NCBI GenBank assembly: GCA_002256025.1
Contig: NKIB01015331.1
Span: 1-36,489, forward strand
Length of the DNA: 36,489 nt
Source: Asterionella formosa
Taxonomy: Eukaryota
Direction: 5' to 3'
This document shows positions 22,668 through 35,538 of this stretch, piece by piece. The notes beneath the pieces were generated by a model, which saw only the letters and a program-made list of their open reading frames with translations, was not told the origin of the DNA and made no database searches. The first letter of the stretch is position 1. The number at the start of each line of letters is the position of its first letter. The translations under genes were made by a program, and so were the position numbers.

Positions 22668-23463
22668 GGTTAGCACGAAAAATGACGAAGAGTCGTGCAA
22701 ACAACTCGAAAAGTTGGATGAATGGAATACCGGTTATTTTTGAGGGCGTGTCAGGTCAGACACAACACGAAAAATATAACGATACTGTACACTATTGTCC
22801 CGTACAAAAAGAATTTAACGTTACGCAAACTAACTAACTACCTGGTACCAGTGTACACAGGTTGCAGGCATGCTATGTATGCAAACAAGGACGAAAACAA
22901 CAAGCATGGTCCGTGCATTTGTGTCCTTGTACGTATGTGCATTTACGTAGAAAATCTTGGCCGGTAGGTTGAGCATCCTCAGAAGAACTGTCCCCTTCAT
23001 TTATACAGACAGCCTTTTGTACGTCCCTTCCATAAGTGTACCAGTACACTCCGAACATGTAGGAGTACTTGAGGACCCGTATATTGGATATTCTGTGCCA
23101 GGAAAATGTAGAGGAGTACCGGGACACGCGAGGGGAAGTTATCGCTATAACTTCACATCAACATCATGTGTTTGCATTACCGTTGTTATACTTAGCTCTG
23201 CTGGCTACTCGTACCAGTTCTGAGTAGGATTCGAACACAGAGTTGAAGGAGGAATCCTGGAAATTGATTTATGAAACCACTTGGCTGATCCGTTAGTTTC
23301 CTGGAACTTGTTGTTAGTACTACCGGTACCGTACTCAGAGCCCTGGCTGGTGAAGAAATCGGAAGGGCCGGGAGTTGACGGAAACTCCGAAGTACGAAAA
23401 GTCACGAACAAAAACGGTGTTTTATCTACAAAATCGACCTCGCATCACGTTTTCCCAAACGAC

Positions 23464-23573
23464 CGCAAAAGAACGCGAAGTTCGCAAAAGTTCGCAAAAG
23501 ACCGCAGAAAAAGTCGTATATCTGGGTTTTTCCGTTCTTTTGAGGTCTTTTGCGAACTTCGCGTTCTTTTGCG
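23464..23573. repeat. Perfect 27-bp inverted repeat within a foldback-like segment
   Basis: CGCAAAAGAACGCGAAGTTCGCAAAAG (23464-23490) is the exact reverse complement of 23547-23573. Confidence 0.9.
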
Positions 23574-24214
23574 TTCTTTTCGTTCGATGCCTGATCAGAG
23601 CTCAAACTCGATTCGACGAAATGGTAGTCGCGCATACTTTTCAAGAAGTACGCGAACTTCGCAGAAGAACGCGTGAATAGAATTTTGCAAGATATTTGAA
23701 AAAAAACCAGCGAGGTCTGTGCACGATACACATAAGGAATTTCCACGTCGCGAGGAAGAACGGAGTTTCCCGTACCTCTCCGTATACTACCAGTAATACC
23801 GGAACCAGCGAACCTGTACATTTTGGGTGGATTCATCATGAAACTACATTGGGTAGCCATTGTATGCACCAGAACCAGATAATTTCTATATGAATAACAA
23901 ACATAAGAATAAAGTTTGTGTACACATGCATCTGCGTTCTCATTGTTGTCATTGTTGCGGCATTCATTCATGATGAACATGAAATCGAAGTCCATTGCAA
24001 TCAAAGTTACTATGACTATGCATTTGTAAAAAATATTAGTTTTCTAGAGTTGGATAAACTCTCTTCCGTTTTCCTAATTTTGTTTAAGCTAGGGAGATAG
24101 CTTAAAAATTGCCCATACTAGCATTGACATGTTAACTTTATTATTTGCCTGCTTTTCACAATCATATCATACTACATCAAATGATCAGTGCTTGTGGACG
24201 ACTGACAGGTCCAG

Positions 24215-25259
24215 CATCATACAAGTACTGCTCCACTGTGGCATTCTGTTACCGGCAGCAGCAATAATCAACGCATTGAAGCCGGTCTTGGAGAATGCAT
24301 TGACCTAGCAACTATTTGTGCGTTGCTTCTTCTATTTGAACAGTTTTGCTTCCTTGCTGCATCTTTGTAACTCTCATGATGCCAGCTTCCATCAATGTAG
24401 TTATCGTATACTTCATTGTCCTGGACCCCCCCCCAATGTACACTGCCGTGACTGAATTTGACTGATTTTACCTAAGGAGGGCCCAGGACAATGAAGAGAT
24501 TTCCCTAATATTGGACCTAAGTAAATTTCATCAATTCTACAAGATAGCGCACATTTTTCTATGATTTATAAATATGGCAATTATTTCCGTGGTGATGTGA
24601 AAAATGAGAGACTCCTTCTTTATGTTGTTATTGGCGATCTCAATTTTCGTTTTCATTATTAGTGTTATTACTTTACTTCTTTTACGATTGTATTTTCCAT
24701 GTTGTTCTTAAATACAGGTAGCAAGTAGCAAAGCGTCGTTCTCTATCTTCGTGGAGATAATTCGTATTTTCGTCATGGTGCTGGTTAAGGTTGCGACAAC
24801 ACGATGAAGGATTCTCCAGCTGCTCAGAGCCACTACCTGAGTTCTCTTGTGTTTTTTATGTACAAAAGAATCGGAACATAATTATATGCTAGAGCCTATG
24901 AGGACCAAAAGATTCATAGCACGTTACTTTGTCTATGACAAGAAAATTATTGGGTGTTTGGTTCCACCTCGAGAAAAATGTACAGGGGGTTCCAGCAACC
25001 ATACTATGGCTAGGGAGGTCCAGGACAATGAAGTATACGGTATACCATCCTTGCCAGCTGCGTTCTTGATATCTGCCCTCTTCTTTTGCAAAAGCTTGAA
25101 AATTTCCAAGAATCCGGAAGAGGCAGCTGGAGAGAAGGCATTCAGTTCGTCAGAGTCTCTTAAATTGGAATCTATTCCTTCGTTGAGAAGAGCTTGAATC
25201 GCTTTCTTGCGTCCGTCACTTGCAGTTTCAATAAATCTGGCAGCGAGAAGCAGATGCAA
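24215..25259 (-). pseudogene. Ankyrin-repeat gene remnant interrupted by a MITE
   Basis: AIQALLNEGIDSN, AASSGFLEIFKLLQKKRADIKNAAGKDGI, then beyond the insertion TTLMEAGIM and, in another frame, VNAFSKTGFNALIIAAAG. Confidence 0.7.
24404..25040. mobile_element. 637-bp pogo/Tc1-mariner-like MITE
   Basis: 28-bp TIRs (T/C)CGTATACTTCATTGTCCTGGACC(C/T)CCC with 26/28 match, flanked by TA at 24402-24403 and 25041-25042; an extra inverted TIR core at about 24479-24496. Confidence 0.88.
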
Positions 25260-25944
25260 ACTGATTTTCCGACACTGTCACAAAAAGCCGACTTGACTTC
25301 TTTGTCAACTTCAATTGGCTTGCTTGTTAGTTGGTCGATGCGGTGGAGATGCTCTTATGGTGGCCAAAATACAAAGATTGAGCCGCACAAAAACCTGTTG
25401 GGTGTTAAAAATCGTCGTATTTTACTTCCTAATGGGCTAGAAAACTCGCAAATCCCCCCCCCCCAATTACGAAGATTAATCTTCGTTCGCCCGAATATTG
25501 TGGGGGTCATCCCCAAATATGGACCAACCTAATCTTAATATTTTCTTGAACAATCTCCGTTTCCCGAAGATTTCTTTTTTTATCTTGGGGCAAACGAAGA
25601 TTGTCTCCACCAATCAGAATGGTGCAAACAATATAAAATCGTCATCACATATACTGATGATATAGCTAGTAATTGATACTTCCATTAGTATTAATATTGT
25701 CATTATTATTGCATACCATTAAGAAGTTAGCATGTTTTATAGCCCAACCATCGACAGGAGGTTGATAATTGTTGTTCTTACAACCACCATCCCCTCTTGA
25801 CAGCGCCAGCCAATACATATGTTATGCTGATTTTAGGAGGGTTAGTATTTTCGAAACCCAGGCTGTTCACTTCAGTAAGTGCAATGCAAGCTGCCCTATC
25901 CCCACCTATAGAGTAGCTTTAAGGCGCTATAAAAATCTTTTTAT

Positions 25945-28680
25945 TTGTGTACAATCCAGTAACCAATAAAGTGGTTGAAACAAGAGATATTCATGCTTGG
26001 GCAGACATAAACAATGCTGCCAACGATATTAGATTGATCCTGAGTTGGTTTTGGAGGAGCCAGACCCTCTATAAGTGATTGATGAGCCTGATGACATATC
26101 TCCTATACATGTAATACCCACTTATAAGGAGGAATAGACAGTGTCCAAAGCAGACCTGGACTCACCATTGTATGGAGCAGGCAGGAATTATGAGGAGCAG
26201 CTCCAGGACAACTTAAGACGAAAAAGGCTCAAGAATTGAGCAAGAAAATTCTGATGAAAATGAAGATGAAGAGAGAGATCAGTCAAATTCGACACTGACA
26301 GATGACAGTGATGATCATAACTGACCGGAATTTTATGAGAAACCAAATGATCCAGAAATGGAGAAGAATAAAGCAGACGATGATGCTGTGGAAACTGAGC
26401 AAGCTGAGAGACCACAGCGCAATTCAGCAAAGCTGAAAAATGGAATCAAACGGCTGGGAAATGAAGCGCCAATCATGATTGAAGATAACGAAATTGGAAT
26501 AAGGACACACAGTACTAAGACGGATCAAATGGCATTAAATGCAACAATAGCTTGTGTATGATCCTGGAGAGCCCGAAAAATTTCAGAAGGGCATTATGGA
26601 TGGCACTAGTAGTAGTAACCGTGAAAAGTGGGAACCATCAGCAAGGGCAGAGATCAATAACTTTTAATAAAGATATGCATGCTGACATAAGTTTCCAAGA
26701 GAAGATTTGAAGGACCATAAGCCAAAACCCGGGAATGGATATTCAAGATGAAAGAGGAACGAGAGGGTTCTCAAAGATTCAAGATCAGGATTGTCCTGAA
26801 GGGCTATGTAATGGTCCCAGGAGTGGACTACACAGAGTCGTCTTTGCCAGTTGCGACAGACACAACAGTCAGTACAGCAATTGCTATTGCTTTATATTGC
26901 CAGAATGAAGAATAATGTAGAATTGAGATGACTAACGTAGAACCTGAATTCTGAAACGCAGAACTTGAATCTGACAGGCTAATGTATGAAAGCAGAATGG
27001 CCAAAGGCATGGTGGAACTCGTATTTATTGCAGAAGAAGAAAAGAAGACGTTTTGCATCATGCTGACAAGAGCCATGCATGGTGGATTTGATGTCCCAAG
27101 ACTTTAAATGAAGACGCTGTGCAAATTACTAGAAGATTAAGGTGGATGAAGTCATTCTGATGGCTGTGGTACATGTCGATGACATTTTATTGATTGGAAA
27201 GAAGACAGCGATCGAAAAGTTCAAGTCGAATTTGCAGAAGAGGTTCAATACTCTCGGATTGTCTGGGAATATTGAAGCAGCATCTTGGCATATAGTTTAA
27301 GTGGAAAACTGACGAAAATGGCTGGTGACATCTACGTTGTGGCTAGCTAGTATGACAAAGTTAAAGTATGAAATGTTTGAGTCCTCAGAAAATATAATCG
27401 GGAGGGATTGTAAGGAGACAGTGACACTAGGATATCCAAACAAGCTCCTCAGGAAGAATCAAGGAGAAACAGTAAAAATGACGGAATATCGTTCTATGGT
27501 TGGGAAGGACATGTACTTGATCATGCAGTTTGCGCCAGATCTGGCAAACCCAGCACAATAAAAAAGAGGTGGCGCAACATCTGTCAAACCCAGGCGAGGA
27601 GCACTGGAAAGCACTTGAAAGACTGGTTGGACACATTAAACCATGATACTACAATGGATTGACATATCAAAGCCCAAAGGAGCTGAGGTCTACATCATTT
27701 GTGGACTCAGACTATGCAAAGAATATTGATGACAGGAAGAGCATTTCGTCTAGTCTACATGCAATTGGTGGTATATCGGTGAACTGTGAGTCGATGACAC
27801 AGTATGTGGTTAAGTTGTCAAGTACAGAAGCGGAGTAAATCAGTTTGGCAAAAGGAGCATGTGAGAACAAGTTCAGATCTATGCTACTTGAAGAATTGAT
27901 GAAATATCCAAAAGAGGAGAAATTTGTTGGGCGTGTATACAAAGACAATTTAGGAGCTATCTATGTGGTAAAGAACCATCATGTGTGTGCATGAAAAAAG
28001 CATATTGATGTCAGGGCACATTTCATCCAAGAGCTTGAAGATCAAGGATATTTGACAGTACAGTGCATTCATACAATGGAAGAGAACTCAGCTGACATAC
28101 TAAACAAGAACTGTGCAGAGAAGTTGCACACAAAGCATGTACAATGGGAATCTTGAATGTTGGAGGGAGGAGGAGGGAGGATTTTGAGCACAAACGATTA
28201 CTGTTAGCAAACAATAGTTTAACTGGTACTGCAATGACTGGTGCACCAGTCTGCATGATCAACAGTCATGAGGAATTCCATGGAACAACAAGTTCAGTTC
28301 AGGAAAATTTATGCAGGATTTGTACATGAAATAGCAATCCTTACAGTTGGAATCCAACAAGCAAGATTAACTCATAAGACTGAAACAATAATTGGAATTA
28401 AGAATTGTATGAAATCAACCAATGAGAAAGAGTGGATTGAGGCAATGAACAAGAAGTCCAAGAAAGTAAGATTAATGAAGCAAGATCAATTTCGTAAGAC
28501 CAAGTACTTTGGCAAGATTGATAGAAAAAGCAATCTGAAGCTATCACAGCATTGAAAAAAGGCAAATCTAAAAACAGGTGAAAGTGTTGTCGAACTACTT
28601 AGCTAGTGGAGAACTAGTACTGGCTGGACATTGGATGTGTAAATACTACTATCAAGGAGATCTTGTATAACATCTCAACA
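25945..28680 (+). mobile_element. 5'-truncated decayed Ty1/Copia LTR retrotransposon (post-integrase region, RT, RNase H, PPT, 3' LTR)
   Basis: YNPVTNKVVETRDI; RIVLKGYVMVPGVDYTES; VHVDDILLIG; YRSMVG; FVDSDYA..DDRKSIS; LSSTEAE*; DNLGAI; KHIDVRAHFI; many stops and frameshifts. Confidence 0.9.
28182..28680 (+). repeat. Putative 3' LTR of about 499 bp
   Basis: Follows the polypurine tract GGAGGGAGGAGGAGGGAGGA (28162-28181); starts TTTTGAG and ends CTCAACA, consistent with TGTTGAG...CTCAACA termini with one mutation. No 5' LTR seen in the window. Confidence 0.65.
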
Positions 28681-29187
28681 CCTATCTACTGGTAGTTTTA
28701 CAACAAGATAAATCTGTGGTGGATTTTGTCAACATTTTCCCTTCATTCTGGGCACTGGAAGGTAGGGAAGGGTTCATCATTCACCTGGATGCCATGTTTG
28801 TCCATGTCATTGCTATCACCAAGAAGTCATATTCATGCACAAGTGCTGCTGAAGAAAATATTCTTCCATTTCTGGATCCTTCTGATCAGAGCTTTGATAT
28901 CAATGTATGCAGGTGTTCGTGCCTGATCAGTCTCAGAGCGAGGTCCAGTCTATCAATTGGTTCGAATCACAAAGTATTTGAGGATTGCATGTTGCATGTG
29001 GGACATTGATCTATTGGAACCAAGTCAATGACGAAACGTTCCCGTTGCTTCTTAATTTGGTATGAGATAGATAACGTTCAATGAATTGGCTTCCTATTTT
29101 GAATACTTAGCTGGACGAAAAATGAAAAGCAGGACCGAAACATGGGTCAAAATTTCTTTTATATAAAATATGCAGTGAAATATCCTT

Positions 29188-30943
29188 CTACTCCAAAGTT
29201 GCTGTTACACTCTCATGCTCGTCATTTGCCAGTCCACTTCTAGTCGTAATGATGCCTGAATGCAGGATCAAATTATTGACGGTGCTAGAGAGTCTTCGAG
29301 CAGTGGTTCCGTTTGGTGGCATTTCTAATTGTGTCGTTCCATTTCCTACCAAGGCACTCTCACGAAGATTGAGAATAGCATTTTCGATAGAAATAGCAGA
29401 AATGCCTGTCAAAGAGTTCCTGGAAATGTTACAGTCTCGCACAAGAGCATTTCCTTGCTCGATATAGATACCAGAGTGTCCTCTCGCAATTCCCCTTCGC
29501 ATTCGATTTCCGTTTCCATTGCGAACTACATCTGACGACTCAATGACAGCATCAGACCCAGGGCCACCAACGTAAATTCCTGTTGCAGCACAATCATGAA
29601 CATAGCATTTCTTGATGGAAACGAAGCCACCATCAATATTGACAATGCCGCGGCCTGATTTGGATGTGATGTCAACACTTTCCATGTATGCAGCCGGCCT
29701 AGGCAAGACCATAGCAAGAGGGGATTCATTATCAGGGTCCATAGCAGGTTGAATCTGAATCGCCGCGTTTCCATTCCAAATGTCAATTCCGTGGGAGTTA
29801 TGGACAAGTTGGATATTTACCAGCTTGATAGTTCCTTGACGCACGCGGAAAAGTGGTTCATTATGACAACGAGTGCGGAGTTGCAGCGAGGCACGGACTG
29901 GTGCAGGGGGCTCTGGACCCTCCCCAACCGTTTCCTCCGAATTGACAGTGTTGATTCCAGCACCTGATCGACAGCTCAACAAGTCACGAAACGAAGCAAC
30001 CTTCTTCAAAACACGCTTGGCAGGAGATTTTTCTGGTATATTCTCTTCAGGACAAAGAATGTACGACACTGGAGGTCGACTAGTCATAGAAAGCGTTTCG
30101 ATGGTAATTTCAGTCGCCTCAAGAGCTCGAATCGTAATCGCTTCACGCAGGTAGTACTTGGCAGGTTTAAGCAGAATACGAATTGAGCGACTCTGTTCAA
30201 CAAGTTTGTTGTTGTGACATTCCTGATTAGGAGCAGAAACAGCAAGAGCTGCCTCGATGGAAGAGTAATCCAGCGGAACAATGATGTTGGTTTGGTAGTG
30301 GCTCCTCCAAGAAGTGGGCAGAATATCACCTTCATTCCACTGCAAATGGTGAGAAGCGAAACATGTAATGTGAGGACGTTTGTGTATCATTATACATACG
30401 AGAAAACGGAAGCAAGGAAACCCAAACCATGGGCAGCGCATATCTGCTTTGAAAAACCTTGATTCAAATCGTGATAAAAATGAATCATCATTTTAGCGAC
30501 ACCAACGATCTTCTCCGGCCCTTCACCACCATCGAGAACAATTATCTTACCTTTCCTAGCTCACTACAAAGTACCATCCACGTGCTTTCTTGCTGCATTA
30601 GTTCGTTCAAAAACTTGTTCGTCTTGGATAATGCCGCCATGGTTTGCGGGCCACAAAAAGTGAGGATCTTTGGCAACAGATCCGACGGGCAATGTTCTTG
30701 CATCCAAAGAAGCGCATTCGACTCGCCTTCCATACCACTTGTTGCCATTCTGTTCTTGAATCGATGCTGTGTCGAGGATTTCGTCGCACGCTGCAGTTTG
30801 GGAATTCGATTTGTGACAGAATGGAAAAGCGCAGACGGCAAAGACCGAGGACTAGGCGATGTCTTGTTGCGACTGGAGGGGCGGGTTTCATCGACCGCTG
30901 CAGTACGGCGAGAGACATTTCCACAGATGAAAGCAGGTAGCAT
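29188..30943 (-). CDS. 514-aa F-box-like plus right-handed beta-helix (pectin-lyase fold) protein, 2 exons (30943-30551, 30339-29188)
   Basis: CPSDLLPKILTFCGPQTMAALSKTNK...W..LC F-box-like motif; GTAAG...CAG intron in phase 0; repeated GIVNIDGG/GIYVGG/GIYIEQG/CNISRNSLTGI beta-helix turns. Confidence 0.85.
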
Positions 30944-33107
30944 TGTGATTTTGGGCTTTCTTTATCACCTCCGGAAGTGTAGTCTTAAGGCGCGTTCTTG
31001 AAATGAAGTTAAAAATAAAAATCGTGGGAGTTTCTAGTTTTGCGCTAACTTCGAACAAATCCTGAGTGAAAGTGACTGTACATACGTGCAACATGATGGG
31101 GAGCGAGCTGCTTCCATCACATTTGCTTAGCTATGTACTATTGGGGTCGTGGAAACCTACGTGCGTTATCGCTGTCCAAATGCTGGATGTAACAAGCAGC
31201 ACGGCCAGTCAACCATGCATATTCTGCACTCTTCTACACACTAGGAGTACCTGGTTCCAGTACAACCATTGCGGCGCCGAATTGTTCTTCCAGTATGAAG
31301 TATGGATTTTGTTGTATTATTGCATGATGTGGTATGGTATGCAGAATATGTCTAAAAAACAATGGGTTTTTGTGTGATCATGATACATTTGTACTGCCTG
31401 TAGGAAAAAGAAAGCACCTACGTCATCACTCACCGGATCTATTTGAATGACGAATTTACATACCACACTGCACAGTACAGTATATACGAGAAAATCTATC
31501 TCGTAACAATGTATTATTCAGCAAGGAAGTCCATGTACTGGTAACTGTTATGTATGCTCGCCTGACTAATTAACACTCCGTCCTCGATTAGCAACAGGAT
31601 ACCGGTAAGTACCGGCAAGTGGCCAGCGCCGGCTCGACCTCGGTCATACGGGATCGAGCCAACTTTCATGCAATGATGTTGCTCATACATAACGTACATA
31701 AAAGGTACCTGGTACCTGGTGCCAGATACACATCTGCATACATACACCTAAATGAATTGTATACTGGTACATACAAAATAAGATTTGACAAATCGACTAC
31801 CGGTATAGAAATACCAATGACACCAGTGGTAAAAAAGTTCTTGCCGATGTGCAGTCATCGGTCCAAAAACGCACCAGGCTTTGTCGTGGTTAGCGATGTA
31901 AGAGTACCACGTGCACTATGTGCACATGTGTGCGAGTCGACAAGAAACAACAACGACGAATTGAAAAATGCTGTTGTTACATGCCTTTAGAATACTGGTA
32001 GACTATTAGTACTTGCATCTAAGTATGTACCGGTATATGTTCAACTGTGTGCCCTTTCAGCCATGATTTGAAAGCTCTGACAGTTATCCAGGACAACCCC
32101 TTCTACTTTACTCCAAATCTAATGGTGTGTATGTTCTATGTTCTAAGATTGCTCTAATTACTCGAACTTGTCTGTGATTTTTGGAGCATTGTTTTTTAAA
32201 TAAAATCGTGTCCATTCTGGAAAAATGGCCCATGACCCTCCATTTTCTCTGTTCCTTTGACAGCCATTAGGCAAAAGAAGAAGGATTTGGCACCAGAGCA
32301 ATGTCAATAAATTGTTGATTGCTTGCTCTGCAAGAATGCTCTGCAAGCAAGAACCTAAGATGATAGGCAGGCTGATGGGACCATCGAAATAGATGTCCAG
32401 CTAGTCAGAAATCCAGGTACACACAAAACCTTAGCTAAAATATTTGGCTTCTGTAGAATGAATATTTTGCTTCCCAACAATGCATGCTTCTTTTCAATTT
32501 TATTTTAGTCATTTCTTTTTAAAACTCTTTCCTGATACTATGATACATGCCACTACAAATTGAAGCGATGTCAGTAGACAGGCCAATGAAATTCAATAGC
32601 TCTATATGAGGTTTCATGTGTACTAGCTACTATCACAATTTAGCAATATACTTGCCGGAATATAATGCACCAAATCGAAGAACCCACCATCACCAGCATC
32701 GTGGCTTAATGTTGAGCTTCTGCAGCGGCGTCCGTGAAAGTGAGATGCTCAGCTCCATTGAGTCACTGATCATGATGCAACTAAACCAGAGCAGATGGAG
32801 TACAAATTATCGAGGAATTTAAACAATCACAGCACTGTCAGCCAGATACTTCTACTATAGAAGTGTCCCAACCAGATCGGAATGGCTGGTAGCTGGATCC
32901 AGAATTCAAGAATAATTTAACAAGGAGATCCGAAACAGCAAGAGAGTGTCTTTGTGATAGTTTTGGTTATTATGTATTTCTCAAGGATGGCCGGACCTAT
33001 TTTTGTACTTTTATTACTAGTTGTACTAGCAGTCGCAGTAAAGATTTATTGTCATCTGCTGGTGTGATCTTTGAATTTGTATTGATGTTGTTGTCGATAG
33101 CTGAATA

Positions 33108-34500
33108 ATGACCATTTGCAGTATTCTGGATTATGGTTTACAGAAACTCAAACGAGGACCTGACAGAAGTGATGAGATAGATGATTGTGATTTTGTTTTG
33201 TTGCCTGGAACCGTGAAATTCTTGTCGCATAGGCTAGATGTGAATAGGAGTACTGCAAAACATATATGGAATCGCGTGCTCGCCTCTTACCGCCCATTTA
33301 GGAAATAGTGACAAATTTTCCTCGCTTTCCCGCAAATACATGACTGATCAGCCGCAGAAATATGATCATGACAATTTAATTTCCTCTCTGAAGGAAATAT
33401 CGTTTCATAAATGTTCCACATATTGCAAGCTTGCATCAGCATTCAACCTTCTGAAATCAACAGTATACTACATGATTGCCAGAGACCTATGACAGTGGTA
33501 CATCACTCGAAGACATACAAATACTGTCCATCCAAATTTAACAGAAAAATGTTAAACTAGTAGGTTTTCATGTTGCGTCAATCATCTACAGTTGAATCAC
33601 TCTGATTAACTTCAATCATCACACGAAGTGACTGGTATTCGACCCAGGTAGTAACAAGTTTGGGTTCTACTACCATGGATTTTACAATCAGGTCCTTCAC
33701 GACCATGAAAAATGGTTTTATGTTCACGAGGTCAAACATAGGTTTTATTTGACACATGTGGAGAGGGGACCGACTTGGAGGACAAAGCAAAAGGATCATG
33801 TAGGTGCAGACGAAGGTAATGTTTCTTCCAGCTGTTGAATGTCTGAGGAGAAAATTGAGGGTGCACATTTGACGGCAATATTTGTGTATGGCTCTTCATT
33901 CAGCAGACTCTAGCGCTTAGGAATTCGATAAACATGCCAGCAGGGGGGGGGCACTATTGGTAACAACAAATATACCAGTTACACAGCAGAGCTACGCAGA
34001 CATGGTAATCACGAACGTGATACCAGAGATTCGAGCGATGTGGCCAGTTGGTGTGACTGCTTGGTTCTAACATAACATACATCTGACATGACAACGCAAG
34101 CACTCATTTTGGAAGCAATTATGTTTCCTTTCTATATGCAGCTGCTTTGAATGGATGGGATATAAAGTAAACATGAAATGCTGCAAACTCACCTGACATG
34201 AATATAAATGATCACAGTTTCTTCCAAGCAATTCAAAGTGGACAGTGCAACTCAGTGGAGGAGACTAGCTAATCATGATGATATGGACGGGCTGGTGGAG
34301 GCAGTGAAGGCAGCATATAAATTGCTTGGACTGATGAAATTGAATTGTTCATTTCTTACTACTTTACATGGAATATTTGAGGACAAGGTAATTAATTGAC
34401 ATCAAGACAATGATTACGACATTCCGCAAATGGGGAAAGCAGCACTAGAACCACATGGAATATTAACGGAGAGACTATAGTAGCAACTGATGAGGTAATC
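33108..34500 (+). pseudogene. DD39D Tc1/mariner transposase pseudogene
   Basis: HTH-like LPGTVKFLSHRLDVNRSTAKHIW; EKWFY; KVMFL; FDGNICVWLF; VIPEIRAMWP; DNASTH...GWDIK**..NSPDMNIND with exactly 39 codons between the Asp codons at 34090 and 34210; C-terminal NDYDIPQMGKAAL. Confidence 0.92.
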
Positions 34501-35001
34501 AATTGGCAAGGACTTTCATAGTAGACAACTTAGCTAGTTGGAGAAGGTATGGACTAGGGGTTGGTCAAAATATCGGTTGGAAAATTGGTTTGGTGGAAAG
34601 CGTTTTCGTTTCTGGCGCCATAAAGCTGCATTAGATTCAAAAAATTCCCCTATCATCCTTTACTGTGCTTTTAATTATATAGTGCAGAGTCCACATTAAA
34701 AAATTATTAAGTAAATTTTATTATACGCTATTGTGAAAAAACTCGACAATTGTGGAGGTTGTGAAGTCGCACTTGGTCCCCAGAGGGTCTTACACCTGCA
34801 TGCTGTCTGCCTCACCACCCGGAAGAACCTTAGGGACTACAGAACATAGCAGGTGGAGAATGCAGCACAGTTCATATCAATATAGCTACTTTATATTTCA
34901 AAATAGTTTGTTTACAATAAAACGACAAACTGGTCATGATTTTTTATGTTTTGTAATCCATAATAATAGCTACATATACACAGACATTTAAAGGTCTTAA
35001 G

Positions 35002-35538
35002 CTAGATTGGGAAAATAGGCAAGATGGCACTATCAACTAGTACAGCTTCAATCTTGACATCATCAAAGGCAAAAGTAGCCACTCTGTATCCTAATATTCA
35101 TGCGCTGTTTTGCCAAATCCGTAGAATTGCGTAGTAGCAGCTCCAAATCCATAGCACTGCGGCCAACATGATTGAAAGTCCTCCTAGCTATAGATATACC
35201 TCGAGAGGTATCCCAGAACACCATTGTTTCTGGAGCTTTCGCACTCTCCATCTTCACTTGGATAGACTGCTCTTTCTCTCCAGTGATTTCATCATCAATG
35301 TATTCGGCTGACATGAACAGGACCCTACTGCTGCCAACACGTACTGTACTTCCACATGGGCAGTGGAACTTGCAAGACTCTGATTGTTACATGTACCTAG
35401 CCCAAGAATCTCTCCATCCACCTCCCCCCCCCCTCTAACCACATTGTCGACAACTTCTATGTCATCATCTGGTAGATATTTCTTGGAGTCATCATCGTTT
35501 TTATATAGATTGCAGGAGTCATCAACTGTCATTTGCAT
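35002..35538 (-). pseudogene. Frameshifted accessory ORF of the mariner element (SCxxHCxCG motif)
   Basis: EILGLGTCNN / SCKFHCPCGSTVRVG..LFMS..DEITGEKEQSIQVKM / VLGYLSRYI / GYRVATFAFDD across frames; collinear with 4279-4714. Confidence 0.7.

Noticed and set aside
23281..24004. Overlapping ORFs of 100-190 aa
   Set aside because: They are by-products of the stop-poor inverted-repeat sequence and show no recognisable protein features.
28700..29050. Possible decayed coding fragment between the LTR and the F-box-like gene
   Set aside because: Stops in the plausible frames and no identifiable motif.
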